DNA from: a virus
Lineage: Duplodnaviria > Caudoviricetes
Direction: 5' to 3' (one strand)
IMG/VR virus record: IMGVR_UViG_3300016263_001165
Location: 1 to 38,953 of that record
DNA length: 38,953 nt
The notes under the pieces were generated by a model. The model was given only the letters and a program-made list of their open reading frames with translations. It searched no databases and was not told the DNA's origin. Position 1 is the stretch's first letter. Every line of letters starts with the position of its first letter. Shown piece after piece: positions 25,901 to 35,507 of this stretch. Made by a program: the position numbers and the translations under genes.

Positions 25901-28605
25901 GAAACACGGAAGTCAATCAACTCGTCGTTTCCATAAACGCGGACGGCGACGACATCACCCTTGTCTGGGTAGCCGTTGGTGCTGGTTCGCAGCGTCTTGA
26001 ACGCCACCTCGTCACCAGTCTGGGCAACCTCCCTACCAGTTATGAACAAGAAACCGTTGTCTGGCGCATAATCCTGCGCTGCACGATATTCCGCCATAAT
26101 TCGGAATCCGTTGTCCAAATCTTTCATACGAGCCAACTCGGCTTGCAACTCCAAATACTCGGGGCTGTTCGCCGCCACCGCATCCAACTCGCCGCGAATC
26201 TCCGCGATACGCACATTCAACGCCCGAGCCTCGCGGCTCGCGGGAATACCGCGCGCCGCCGCAATACGGTCAGCCAACACATCAATATCCTCGGGTATCC
26301 GAACCGCGTTCGGATACATAGTCCTGTAGGTCGTCTGGAGACCCAAACGAATCTCGTCCAACTCCACAGTCCCGTTCTGCAAAGAAGTCCGCAAATTGTG
26401 GATGTCCGTCAGCAACGCGGCGTGGACAACATCAAACTCGCCGCGCCGCGCAGCCGTCAAAGCATCCCCCTGCGCCTTCAATTTGCGAACGGAATCCTCC
26501 AACGCATTCAACCGTGTCACCGCCCTGTCCACGGCACGCTGGTTCATTTTTTGCTGACGCAGATTACCGCTGACCACATCCTCGGCATCTTTGATGCCGC
26601 GTTGCACAACATCACGCAAACCAGCCAAACGACGATTCAGCACAGTCCTCACGGAATCACGGATACCCAAAGCCTCATCCAGACGCGCCTTCGCGGCAGC
26701 CGACAACGCAGGGTCGGGAATCGTCTTGTGCAACAACTTCGCCGCAGCAGAATCACCATATTCCATCAAACGGCGGACATACGCCTCGCGCGCGTTCATC
26801 TTCGCCATACTGTACGCATACGAACGGGCAATCTCGCCGATGTCCGTCTCAAAGAAATTGATGTCGGTCCCAGTGACCTTCTTGAATATGTCGTTCAATT
26901 CCTTGATGGTGCCGTGATTTACCTGCTCACCCATAAAGGTCTCGTATTTGATTGTGCCGTCAGGCAAGACCTGTGGTGCGCGCAACTTGCGGTGACGCAA
27001 AGGATTCGCCAAATCGGTAATGTCCGCAGCATCCAAATTGTCGTCAATAAAAAACCCGCGGCTCTTCGCAACCTCGGGATTGTCCATAATCCAACGCTTC
27101 GCATCTTTCGTCATCTTGTGGAAAACATAATCCTCAATGAACGAAAAATCAGGCACCTCCGACCCGAAATCAACACCGAACTTCTTGTAGATGGCTTCCG
27201 TCTGCTTGTAGATGCGGTCTTGCCACGCCACATATCGGGAAACCAACGCCTGCTGCTCTTTCGGCAAAGTCGCGAACACCATAGCACCCTTGATGGTCGC
27301 AGGGTTGGCGCGTTCAGCCAAATCGGACAATTGGTCATCCAACCCCAACCGACGCGCTTCCTCAATCGTTTCCTTGATTTCGCGCGAGAATGCATCCAAC
27401 TGCGTCGGCAACACGCCAGCCGAATATTGGCGTGCCGACCAGTTCGCAATATTGCGCAACGCAGTCTCCTCCGACACCCTGTAGGTTCGCGTACCCAAAG
27501 TTTTGCGACCCGTGTTCGCCATAAACGCACGACTCGTCGGAGACATACGCTTCACATCTGGCAACACGACCGTCACCGCATCCATAATCCCTTCCCACAC
27601 ACCAGACATCGCCCGCCCAACAGGCGCGGCAACCCTGTCGGTACCTTTCACGGTCTGCCCCATAATACGGACACCCGTCTCAATCCCTTCAGACTTCAGA
27701 ATCTCAGCCAAACCCGCAATCTTGGCGTGCTGACCGTACCTCACTAGGTCGTTGTAACGACCAGCCAACTGCGGAAACCGCTCAACCATTTCCTTGGTAC
27801 TCAGCCGTTGCGCCAACGACAACTTCCCAGCACGACCAATATATTTGACATTACCGACACCAGTAACATAAGTCAGCGGGTCAGAAGCAATCTCAACACC
27901 CAAATCGGTGACAAACCCAGTCAAAGGATTGTTTTGATTCACCGCTTTGCTGAGAGCCGATTTGCGGTACGCATAATCGGGGTCTGCCACATTCTTTACG
28001 AAATCCTTGAACGACCCCTTGAACTCAACCCCCTGCAAGGCTTCCACCGCCTTGAAAGTGGCGATTTCTTTCTCGCTCGCTGTCCCCGCCACGCGCCGCG
28101 TCAATTCTTCGGGCGTGGTCACGCCCGCCACGGGCGAGAACGCGGCAGGACGGAAAACAGTCAAACCTTCCTTGATGCGTGCCTCGCCGATTTCCTGAAT
28201 CGCCGCCTGCCCCACGCGATTCAACGCCTTGTAAGATTCCCACGCCGCTTTTACAGCAATATTATTGTCGGGGTCAAACGGTGCCGCCACCGCTTTCGCG
28301 GCTGGCGCAAACGGGGCGATGACACGAGAAGCGACGCTGGCAGTCTTGCCGACAGCCTTCTGAAACCAATTCGGTTCGCGGGGGTCCTTACCTTTGGTTT
28401 GACCCTGCGAGGTAATCGCGTAAACCTGTTGAATGGCGCGATTCTTTTCGTCTTGCGACATCGTGCGCGAAGCCTGAATGCGCATCACCGCTTTCTGGAC
28501 GCTGGCGGTCAGTTCATCTTGCGCCGTTGCGGCGCGCTCTTCCGCCGTCGGCTCTGGCTCAACTGGTGCCGCACCTTTGCGGAATGGGCTGCTATATACA
28601 GCCAT
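22951..28605 (-). CDS. Very large helical protein (~1,884 aa), probable internal virion/DNA-ejection protein
   Basis: Size, coiled-coil character and position after the tail genes; DPLTY motif and C-terminal FNYSDLS..D...PFW.W..N motif. Confidence 0.7.
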   Translation of the reverse strand: MAVYSSPFRKGAAPVEPEPTAEERAATAQDELTASVQKAVMRIQASRTMSQDEKNRAIQQVYAITSQGQTKGKDPREPNWFQKAVGKTASVASRVIAPFAPAAKAVAAPFDPDNNIAVKAAWESYKALNRVGQAAIQEIGEARIKEGLTVFRPAAFSPVAGVTTPEELTRRVAGTASEKEIATFKAVEALQGVEFKGSFKDFVKNVADPDYAYRKSALSKAVNQNNPLTGFVTDLGVEIASDPLTYVTGVGNVKYIGRAGKLSLAQRLSTKEMVERFPQLAGRYNDLVRYGQHAKIAGLAEILKSEGIETGVRIMGQTVKGTDRVAAPVGRAMSGVWEGIMDAVTVVLPDVKRMSPTSRAFMANTGRKTLGTRTYRVSEETALRNIANWSARQYSAGVLPTQLDAFSREIKETIEEARRLGLDDQLSDLAERANPATIKGAMVFATLPKEQQALVSRYVAWQDRIYKQTEAIYKKFGVDFGSEVPDFSFIEDYVFHKMTKDAKRWIMDNPEVAKSRGFFIDDNLDAADITDLANPLRHRKLRAPQVLPDGTIKYETFMGEQVNHGTIKELNDIFKKVTGTDINFFETDIGEIARSYAYSMAKMNAREAYVRRLMEYGDSAAAKLLHKTIPDPALSAAAKARLDEALGIRDSVRTVLNRRLAGLRDVVQRGIKDAEDVVSGNLRQQKMNQRAVDRAVTRLNALEDSVRKLKAQGDALTAARRGEFDVVHAALLTDIHNLRTSLQNGTVELDEIRLGLQTTYRTMYPNAVRIPEDIDVLADRIAAARGIPASREARALNVRIAEIRGELDAVAANSPEYLELQAELARMKDLDNGFRIMAEYRAAQDYAPDNGFLFITGREVAQTGDEVAFKTLRTSTNGYPDKGDVVAVRVYGNDELIDFRVSGGVTRTFGYNDFGDGLVEQMQLLGLNPEPLQDALDAVRVGLPLDPELEQAFPEVADLVMLMKGNTNREIIPYGESGLMKEIYEQYVDITTGLLVRANVDNADYVARQMVDGAIGYVADAAAANNTAKGVLLPAKLFDDAAEADDVVVLLGPSVRLQATDSLTGAVQDSSSPLVQALIRTDAETAAGAARGKLNELASRKAEIDDTTTALKQELVNLQNRKRSLKAAATRRKNAANLAREKAEGARNLPREIVFADGTKRNMTLAQIDKDLNALTASEQRFRANMERTLMREKAALKEGGLTLRGTEAKLMENRDRLRVLFDEASALSAWDMGTGMVVREEISAAIDAIASMPPAGASAEIVGAWLSDVQKAVKSTSLIDDPAIRNSYERLMQLSQFDEWNLATAEEAAAFARGEVDALADGRFGAIMAGVDERVLEGWEAIAGLGVQVPEEILNVWKPNIAKLLEPKNLPRLRAGANYLNKFMKTYALGTVGYVVRNLYSALFMNGVAGVSPQQMEDGWKAMWYYNKYGAGRWLDEMGLTGARREQFQQAMLAVEASGRRGLYTEIFSSPVVRGTRREKALDYVVNNHYTRFIQGSNSRVEDAVRFPLALKAIQDGDDYVGAAQLVTRYHFNYSDLSDADRAFMQFVPFWIWTTRNIPNQLANQWMRPQAYAYWENLQQSLPADDTSLMPNWMKEQEAMSLARFGRPDIILRPDLPHQRLMKTMQSFTTPQGLAGQSFPLYKLPFEAMAQEQLQTGIPFREQLREPVGIDKVTAELWSLVTPESAPMVRTADGEERRMIKDFPSYAVGNLFPLVAQLQRITGGRFGGKESYLDRQNAAIASYFGLPIDFVTERMKGTELIGRKFNLGDYTSMLAKLGLIPTADEFNQGQQSYAKVERERQKGAKSRASAREAADKKEKARLQEASDNAKLQAAESKYGKNSPEYKAVKREIADRKKREREQAAKERRAQEVEENPIKVAGDE

Positions 28606-28607
28606 AG

Positions 28608-29693
28608 TTACAACGATTCGTTGGGAATATAGGTTGGTGTGCCCGTCCACGGGTCACGCTTTTTGCTGCTCTTCTTTTTAGAGGTCGGCGGTTTGCCAGT
28701 CGTAGCATCCGTGCCAGCCGTGCCAGCGGGCGGTGTACCAGTCGCACCAACAGGCGCAGAACCCGCAGCAGGCAACGCCGAACGAATAGAAGCCAACGCA
28801 GCCTTGCGGGCTGCCTCCAACTGGGCGGCATAATCAAACGCAGGCTCAGGCATCGTCGGCATCGGGGCAGGACGCACAATCGGCTGATACGCCGTCTGTT
28901 GCGCCTTCGCTTCGGCAGCCTGCAACTCGGCTGCACCCACATCAGACAAACGCTGCTGAGCAATCTGTTGAGCCAACTGGTCATACTCCGAACGGATACC
29001 TTGACCGACACCAAACTGGCGACCAGCCAAATCTTGACGCGACTGCGCAGCAGCAAACCTGCCAGCGTTCTGCAACGCCCTCAAATAGTTTTCCTCACCC
29101 ACATTCAACTGTCGCATCGCACCACGAGTCATCGCAGCCAGTTGCGCAGCCGCCTGCTGCGCCTGTGCGGTTTCCGATTCCACTCCCGCAGCCGACGCGC
29201 CCTCAGCAGCCAAACCCGCCAACAGCGGATTCTGAATCTGACCCAACTCCACCAACGGCACATCCTGATACGCCTGAGTAGCGACCAAATCCCGCAACAA
29301 AGCCTGCTCGGCTTCACCAATCGTCGCCTCGCCCCTGCCAGCCGCCTCAGACAACTGCCGCAAAGCAGCCTCACGCTGCGCCTGAACCTGTCCGCCATAA
29401 ACATCATATTGAGAACCAACCTGCTTGGCGCGCGAACCATACAAAGCGGCGACATCACCCAACGCCTTGAACTGGGCGGCACGCTGCTCATCTTCCGCAG
29501 CCTGCTGCTGCGCCGCGGCAGCATCCGCGCGCGCCTGCTCTAAACGGCGCAAATACGAATCATAATCACGGTCCGCTTGCGCCTGAGCCATCTGCAAAGC
29601 CTGCTCCTGAAGAGCCAACTGTGCCTGAAACGCCGCCTGCTGAGCGGCAGTCATATCAGCAGGATTGACCTTCTTGCCAGCCTTCTTAGCCAT
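28608..29693 (-). CDS. Ala/Gln-rich putative ejection protein
   Basis: Low-complexity helical composition; lies upstream of the giant protein. Confidence 0.6.
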   Translation of the reverse strand: MAKKAGKKVNPADMTAAQQAAFQAQLALQEQALQMAQAQADRDYDSYLRRLEQARADAAAAQQQAAEDEQRAAQFKALGDVAALYGSRAKQVGSQYDVYGGQVQAQREAALRQLSEAAGRGEATIGEAEQALLRDLVATQAYQDVPLVELGQIQNPLLAGLAAEGASAAGVESETAQAQQAAAQLAAMTRGAMRQLNVGEENYLRALQNAGRFAAAQSRQDLAGRQFGVGQGIRSEYDQLAQQIAQQRLSDVGAAELQAAEAKAQQTAYQPIVRPAPMPTMPEPAFDYAAQLEAARKAALASIRSALPAAGSAPVGATGTPPAGTAGTDATTGKPPTSKKKSSKKRDPWTGTPTYIPNESL

Positions 29694-29713
29694 CACCAAT
29701 ACCGATTCTGTTC

Positions 29714-30127
29714 CTAGAAGCCCTGAAACTCGCGCAACGCAGCCGCATCAGCCATAATCTGCTGCTGCTTGGACAACTGAAGTTCATTCAGGTACGCATC
29801 CAGCGACGCTTGCTGCCCCGCCTCCAAAGCCGCAATACTGTTCAACTCCTGCTGCATATCCTCAGTTTCCCGCCCCAACTGTCTCTGCAAAGTTTCCGCA
29901 TACCTAGCCAACCCAGCCCGCCGTATCCCACTGGATACACTCGGACCACCCAAACCACGCTTACCAAACGAAGCCTGAACAGGGCGATACTGCTCGGTGC
30001 CCACCCGCTGAATATCGGCAATATTGCGTTTGCCGCGTTGCTGCCCCATAAACGCAGCCTGCTGATTTGCCAGCGACTCCGCAAGCCGTTGTCGGCGCGC
30101 CTTCGCGCCCGCAATCCCGTCCGCCAT
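29714..30127 (-). CDS. Putative small ejection/internal protein
   Basis: RGL..SSG motif and Gln-rich coiled coil. Confidence 0.55.
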   Translation of the reverse strand: MADGIAGAKARRQRLAESLANQQAAFMGQQRGKRNIADIQRVGTEQYRPVQASFGKRGLGGPSVSSGIRRAGLARYAETLQRQLGRETEDMQQELNSIAALEAGQQASLDAYLNELQLSKQQQIMADAAALREFQGF

Positions 30128-30129
30128 AA

Positions 30130-30288
30130 TCAGTAACCTCCGCCTCTGGATTTCTCGGATTTCAACAAACTGATTTCTTGACGCAACTTGTTGATTTCAG
30201 CAACCAACATATTCAACGCCATACGCAACACATCCTTGTCGGCACCAGTCAAAGCATTGACAGACGGCAATTGGAACGGTTCACGCAT
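30130..30288 (-). CDS. Small coiled-coil protein (52 aa, below the ORF-track cut-off)
   Basis: MREPFQLPSVNALTGADKDVLR... fills the gap exactly, with TGATG coupling. Confidence 0.5.
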   Translation of the reverse strand: MREPFQLPSVNALTGADKDVLRMALNMLVAEINKLRQEISLLKSEKSRGGGY

Positions 30289-30515
30289 CAGGAAAACACC
30301 TGCGAACCCAACACTACGGCAGCCGAGTCGCCCGCAGCCAACTGTGAGGCGACATTCGCATCCAACTTGCTGTAAGTAATCGCCCCGTCATCAATGTTCA
30401 CACCAGACGAAATGCCTTCAACGAAAGTCTTTACCGCCGTAAAGTTTGCGTTCACCTCCGTCGCCACAGCGACGGTGCCGTTCACGAATGTATTGGGAAT
30501 GCTAAGAGTTGCCAT
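30288..30515 (-). CDS. Small tail/fibre-anchor protein
   Basis: NTFVNGT.A.ATEVNANF fibre-like N-terminus; DGAITYSKL. Confidence 0.6.
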   Translation of the reverse strand: MATLSIPNTFVNGTVAVATEVNANFTAVKTFVEGISSGVNIDDGAITYSKLDANVASQLAAGDSAAVVLGSQVFS

Positions 30516-32125
30516 TATCCTTTTACCCTCCTACCTTGATACTTGTAACCGATACTGTTTATACCCCACGACTGACCAGCGGGACCAGTCAGCAGAATTT
30601 GCACGCTGCGCGCCAAACCGAGATTTTTCCCTGTTATGACGGCACTCGTGGACAAACCAGAACCCCACTCGTCACCCCACAAATCCGTCCCCCAAACCAA
30701 ACCAGAAGCAGGCGGAGTGACAATCAAATCGTAAGCACGACGCTCGTTACCAGTACCATCCTCATAATCGTGGTACACCTTGATGTTTATGGCAGACTGC
30801 ACCGAAGGTTCCTTCACGACAAAATCGGGGCGGCGAAACATCTTCTTCTGCATATACGACCCGCCGTCAAACCACTTCGTCTTGTAATAACTGGTGAAAT
30901 TTGTGGTCGTCCCAGTAATATTGTCCACATCAATCGTGTATTTGTCCACCTGAACCACGCGCGGCTGATTCGGATGAATCATAAAAAACAGATTGTTTTC
31001 GGACGCATCCGTATAATCGCACCCGCTGATTAGTCCGTATCCGTCCGCCGACTGAAACATCGTCCACGCACCAGCCCGTCCAATGGACGGGTCAAACACA
31101 AAATTGACCTTGGGGGCGGTGACAGTAGTCTCGGGGTCGTACGGTGCGGACATCCACAACTTTTTGTTCACCCAACTCAAAGTAATTGCCGACGGTGCCG
31201 CAGTGTTCAAGCGCCCCGTGTCCACCGCAGGACGAATCGGGTCAAACACATCCACCAAACGGGAACCGTCAAAAAAGAACAAACCCTCAGGATTGCTGAA
31301 AAAATACACGCCAGTATCCGCCACAGCCATACCGCGATGCGACACGGCACCCAACTTTGACGACAACTGCGCCAACCTGAAATCATCCGAATCATACCCG
31401 TACAACACGAATATGGCTTGCGGCTTGAATATGACCAGCGCACCCGCAACCACAGCCATACCACGAATACCCGTACCGCCGCTGGGAATATCAATATAGT
31501 CGGCAGCCGCCCAATCCTCGGGCTGGTCCTCGTGCGACCAATGCACACGATTCGGATAATTCGTCCCGCTGATTGTCAAATTTGCCGCAAACATCTTGTT
31601 TGCGTGAACACACAAATGCTCACATTTCGGAAACACATTACCCGTCGGACTGTTGTAGTTGTTGCTCCAATTCGCCGTTGTCAATGCCGTAATCGCAGTC
31701 GCATAAGTATCGGTCGTCTGCCAACGGTAACCGTTGGCTGCGTCCTGACCAGCACCGATATACAACTTGTCACCCCAGTTCACCAGACACGCACCATCAT
31801 CGCCAGAAACAGCGACATCTACACCAGCGGCACTCTGAAGAGTCGTAAAATTCCCCCCCGTGGAATGCAACACCTTGGTGCTGTTCACCAACATCAACCT
31901 CGGGGTAGCCCCCGTGAACCAATGCAACTGCCACGGTGCCCAAGTCCCACCAACGGCAGTCGTGTTTATGCGCTCATAGCCGCCACGGCTGAAGATTCCG
32001 CCACGCGGGTCAATCTCCACATTCAACATCTTTGGCGACTCGTTATCAGCCAACTGAAACTGGTCGGCACGAAAGTTCAACCCACCAGTAAAATCCTGCT
32101 GCTGATAAATCTGAAGTTGCGCCAC
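30515..32125 (-). CDS. Tail nozzle / tubular protein B-like (beta-propeller)
   Basis: DFTGGLN...L..NES...NV N-terminus, beta-rich, 536 aa, directly after the adaptor. Confidence 0.7.
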   Translation of the reverse strand: MAQLQIYQQQDFTGGLNFRADQFQLADNESPKMLNVEIDPRGGIFSRGGYERINTTAVGGTWAPWQLHWFTGATPRLMLVNSTKVLHSTGGNFTTLQSAAGVDVAVSGDDGACLVNWGDKLYIGAGQDAANGYRWQTTDTYATAITALTTANWSNNYNSPTGNVFPKCEHLCVHANKMFAANLTISGTNYPNRVHWSHEDQPEDWAAADYIDIPSGGTGIRGMAVVAGALVIFKPQAIFVLYGYDSDDFRLAQLSSKLGAVSHRGMAVADTGVYFFSNPEGLFFFDGSRLVDVFDPIRPAVDTGRLNTAAPSAITLSWVNKKLWMSAPYDPETTVTAPKVNFVFDPSIGRAGAWTMFQSADGYGLISGCDYTDASENNLFFMIHPNQPRVVQVDKYTIDVDNITGTTTNFTSYYKTKWFDGGSYMQKKMFRRPDFVVKEPSVQSAINIKVYHDYEDGTGNERRAYDLIVTPPASGLVWGTDLWGDEWGSGLSTSAVITGKNLGLARSVQILLTGPAGQSWGINSIGYKYQGRRVKG

Positions 32126-32835
32126 TACTGCCCCAGCGTCTTACCCAACTGCTCCATCCAACCCTTGTGGGTAGGGCGACCACGAGTCTGCCCGTGAGCC
32201 ATAATCAACTGTCCGTGACTGGACGGCTTCGTAATGTTCGCCCTCGCCAACTGCACACCCTCATCAAACGCCTGCTTATAAACGGCAGACATCTGCGCAT
32301 CTTCCAACTTCTGATAGATGCGGCTGCACGCATAATACGCCAACGGAAAATGCAAACTGGGCGCGGCATCCACCGCGCCACCAGTCGTCTGCCAATCAAT
32401 CGGCTCCCGATACCCGCGCACAGACAAAGTACGCACATTGTTCGGCTTCGGAAACAAATGAATACTCCCACCCCACACCGCATAAAACAACGGGTCACCG
32501 CTGATGTCATACGACCCCATATAGGTCTGCTCAGCCATATCGTACCCCACCATATCCAAACGGGCACCCACCCCCGTATTGTCAATCACGGAGACAACCT
32601 GCGCAATCGGGTCAGCCGTAAACGCCGAAACCGAATACGCACGCTGATTCGCAACCGTGCTAAAAGTAAAACTCGTCTCCAACCAAGCCCACCGCTTCTC
32701 CAAATCCAAAATCCTGTAGTAGCCGTCCCGAATATACAAATTCAGCAAACTGTCCGACAAATCCTCAGAATCCAAATCCACAATGTCGCGGACAGTCTGC
32801 CGCAACACCGTCGCTGTCATCGTCTGGTACGCCAT
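32125..32835 (-). CDS. Head-tail adaptor / tubular protein A-like
   Basis: W.WLE, GDP.FYA, LFPKP and FH.PL.YYA patterns, plus gene position. Confidence 0.7.
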   Translation of the reverse strand: MAYQTMTATVLRQTVRDIVDLDSEDLSDSLLNLYIRDGYYRILDLEKRWAWLETSFTFSTVANQRAYSVSAFTADPIAQVVSVIDNTGVGARLDMVGYDMAEQTYMGSYDISGDPLFYAVWGGSIHLFPKPNNVRTLSVRGYREPIDWQTTGGAVDAAPSLHFPLAYYACSRIYQKLEDAQMSAVYKQAFDEGVQLARANITKPSSHGQLIMAHGQTRGRPTHKGWMEQLGKTLGQ

Positions 32836-32846
32836 ACCCAGACCTC

Positions 32847-33026
32847 CTAATTAGCCTTGGATTTGCCCGCTTTGCGCCCCGCAGGCTTCACAGGCTCCAC
32901 GGGCGGAACATCCCCCTCAAACGGCACACCACCCGCCTGAACATAGGCATCCCCAACTTGGGTTTGTCGCTGCCCATAAACAGGGCTGCCATAATAGGCT
33001 TGGGCGTGAACAGGCTTGTTACTCAT
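32847..33026 (-). CDS. Hypothetical protein
   Basis: ATG 16 nt downstream of a GGGAAC motif. Confidence 0.5.
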   Translation of the reverse strand: MSNKPVHAQAYYGSPVYGQRQTQVGDAYVQAGGVPFEGDVPPVEPVKPAGRKAGKSKAN

Positions 33027-33067
33027 CACAATTAGGGGTTTCGTTCCCGAAACCCCCAACCATAACG

Positions 33068-33535
33068 CTATTTGAGACGCTTAGCCGCCAACTTAGCCGC
33101 CAACTTAGCCTTGCTCTTAGCCTTGCCAGCCGCCTTCGCAATATAGTCGTCCAAGGTTTCCTGAAGAAGTGCGCGCAAATCTTTCATTCGCGCATCCCCA
33201 CCCTCAATCAACACCTTCTTGCCTTTGGCTTGATACTTGGTCAGCAACTTGCGGTTGTGGGACTCAATTTCCCGCTTGCCTTCACGCATAATGAACTCGG
33301 GGTCGTGCAACTTTTGGGCATACCCGCCGACACCAGCGCGTGTACCTTTGGCTTCCGAAGCACGCGAAGGAACCTTCTCGGCGTGAATAATGCGACCCAC
33401 GCCACGACTCATACGGCGAGTACCACGCTTGATACCAGCCTGACGCATACCCTCCGCACGCTCAAACGGAGACATCTTCTTGAACTGGTCATCAGGAATA
33501 TTGCGCTTGCGACCCTTGGGTTTCGGTTTAGCCAT
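33068..33535 (-). CDS. Highly basic protein
   Basis: Lys/Arg-rich; AGGAG Shine-Dalgarno; starts MAKPKPKGRKRNIPDD. Confidence 0.65.
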   Translation of the reverse strand: MAKPKPKGRKRNIPDDQFKKMSPFERAEGMRQAGIKRGTRRMSRGVGRIIHAEKVPSRASEAKGTRAGVGGYAQKLHDPEFIMREGKREIESHNRKLLTKYQAKGKKVLIEGGDARMKDLRALLQETLDDYIAKAAGKAKSKAKLAAKLAAKRLK

Positions 33536-33540
33536 AATTG

Positions 33541-34056
33541 TTATCTCCTGTTTTGTGAAGCCACCAAAGCGGCATATAAAGCCATCGGGTCGTTAGCGAC
33601 CCCACCCATATTAGCGGAGGCTGTTCTACGGGGCTGGGTACGGGAACCCCGCGGCGTGCCCTCAAACAACTCTCTGCTTCCACGACCAAGAAACCTTGTT
33701 GCATTTCGGACACCCCTAGCAATTTTGGGTGCCTTCACAAATGCCGCCAACAATGCCGCGGTAGCAAGATGCCCCTTGTCTGGGCGTTTATTATCTATTA
33801 GGCGGCGGGTTTCCTCGGCAGTAAAAAAAGGTATAGGATTGAGATAACTAAGCAAATAATCGTAGGTATCGGTCGCCATATTGTTTGGTTTTCCAAAGTC
33901 CCGAGCATCCAAATACTTCACGGCGGCACTATTTACGCTTTGAGCCATCGCCCGCTGCGGTTGTCCACGGGTGGGTTGTGTCGGGCTGCCAAACGCCGCC
34001 GACGCAAGCCGCTCTAGGTCGTCCAACGAAATCTGAGGCTTTCGCCCTTTAGCCAT
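33541..34056 (-). CDS. Basic protein with partial shared N-terminal motif
   Basis: Starts MAKGRKPQISLDD at ATG 34056 (TGATG coupling). Confidence 0.65.
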   Translation of the reverse strand: MAKGRKPQISLDDLERLASAAFGSPTQPTRGQPQRAMAQSVNSAAVKYLDARDFGKPNNMATDTYDYLLSYLNPIPFFTAEETRRLIDNKRPDKGHLATAALLAAFVKAPKIARGVRNATRFLGRGSRELFEGTPRGSRTQPRRTASANMGGVANDPMALYAALVASQNRR

Positions 34057-34373
34057 CAGCGGTACTTTGCTCCACGCCGCTGCGCCGTTTGGGATGCGCG
34101 CCATTTACGGTAAAACTCCACCAGCACCTTGCGGGCAATCGTGGAATTGGACGGATTCAACAATCCGCGGTCACCCTCATCCAAGGCACCCAACTGCCCT
34201 TTGACAAACTCCGCTTGGGTTTCCCCAGCCCGCGGTTCAGGAATGCCCCTCAGCACTTCTTCGCGGGTAATCGGTTTTTGGTCGTCGCCCGACTTGGATA
34301 ACTTGCGGTAAGCGGCGGCAGCCGCCTTACCAGCAGCAGTATAAGGAAACTCTTTACCGTTCACTCGCGGCAT
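34056..34373 (-). CDS. Basic hypothetical protein
   Basis: MPRVNGKEFPYTAAGKAAA; GGAGG Shine-Dalgarno. Confidence 0.65.
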   Translation of the reverse strand: MPRVNGKEFPYTAAGKAAAAAYRKLSKSGDDQKPITREEVLRGIPEPRAGETQAEFVKGQLGALDEGDRGLLNPSNSTIARKVLVEFYRKWRASQTAQRRGAKYR

Positions 34374-34603
34374 CAGCGTCCACCTCCCCAATTCTGTCCG
34401 TGTTTCTTCATCAAATCCATATGACGCTTCGCCATCTTCGCAGTCTTAGCCATCTCCTTGCGTTTCACGCTGGAACGCACCAGTTGGCGTGTAACCTTTT
34501 TGGCGGTTGCGGCAGCCAGCCCCGAAGTTGCTTTGGCAATGTCATCAGCCAATCCTGCGGGGCGAGCCAAACCCGTAATAGCGGGTTTGCGACTTTTAGC
34601 CAT
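34373..34603 (-). CDS. Basic protein with shared N-terminal motif
   Basis: MAKSRKPAITGLARPAGLADD. Confidence 0.7.
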   Translation of the reverse strand: MAKSRKPAITGLARPAGLADDIAKATSGLAAATAKKVTRQLVRSSVKRKEMAKTAKMAKRHMDLMKKHGQNWGGGR

Positions 34604-34605
34604 AA

Positions 34606-35067
34606 TTATTTCCTTTTTGCGCGCTTTACGGCGCGGTCACGCGCCCTGTTGCGCATCGCATTGCGCTCAGAGTTCATAATACTCTCAAACTTTTTGTTCA
34701 TCATACGCGGAATGGTGCCCTTGTCGTCAAGATTGTAGCGACCGCCCACCTCATCCGCGCGGGCAGTCTTGTACATATTCTTGCTGGTGTTCACCTGCGG
34801 ATGCTTGCTGCCCATACGGCGAATACGGTTGTCCATAGCAATGAACTCTTGGCGTGCCATAGCACGCTTGTTGAACTCGCGGTCCATCCGCCCCAAATAC
34901 TTTTTGTAATCTTTGGTGTTGGCTTTTGAGTTTTCGGCTTTGATTGCGCCGCGAACGGCACGGCGAAGACGGCTGGTGGCAGCCTTGCCGAGCGGCTTGG
35001 CAAAGTCGTCCAAGATGCCTTGTGGACGCGCCAAACCATCAATAGCGGGTTTACGACCTTTAGCCAT
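34606..35067 (-). CDS. Basic protein with shared N-terminal motif
   Basis: MAKGRKPAIDGLARPQGILDD. Confidence 0.7.
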   Translation of the reverse strand: MAKGRKPAIDGLARPQGILDDFAKPLGKAATSRLRRAVRGAIKAENSKANTKDYKKYLGRMDREFNKRAMARQEFIAMDNRIRRMGSKHPQVNTSKNMYKTARADEVGGRYNLDDKGTIPRMMNKKFESIMNSERNAMRNRARDRAVKRAKRK

Positions 35068-35069
35068 AA

Positions 35070-35507
35070 TTACCTCTTTCTTGCCCGCAATTTGGCGCGT
35101 TTAGCGGCGCGGGCAGCCATTGCGTCACGCTCTTGCATATATGCCCTATAATACTTTTCCTGAACCTTGCCCATTTCAGGCAGATTCCTATTGGCAATAT
35201 CACGGGCATTTTTTGCCTGCCCTTTATAAGTTGGCTTTACCCCCGCCTTTAGCCGCGACGCTTGCTGTTCAGCGCGGACAAATTCCTCGCGTGCAAGTTC
35301 ATATCGTCTGATTGACTTTGCGCGAGCGGCTGGATAATGCGATTTTACGCCTTTTTGGGCGACATTTTTCCACGCCGTGTTTGCTTTGACGGCGCGGCGC
35401 ACCGATTGGCGGACACGCTTCACCGCTTTGGTGCCCAAAGGACCAACGATGTCGTCAATGATGCCTTGTGGTCTGGCAAGCCCATCAATAGCGGGTTTCT
35501 TAGCCAT
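35070..35507 (-). CDS. Basic protein with shared N-terminal motif
   Basis: MAKKPAIDGLARPQGIIDD. Confidence 0.7.
   Translation of the reverse strand: MAKKPAIDGLARPQGIIDDIVGPLGTKAVKRVRQSVRRAVKANTAWKNVAQKGVKSHYPAARAKSIRRYELAREEFVRAEQQASRLKAGVKPTYKGQAKNARDIANRNLPEMGKVQEKYYRAYMQERDAMAARAAKRAKLRARKR

Noticed and set aside
25648-27747. 699-aa plus-strand ORF and other long antisense ORFs
   Set aside because: Antisense to well-supported genes in GC-rich, codon-biased DNA; the composition is not protein-like.
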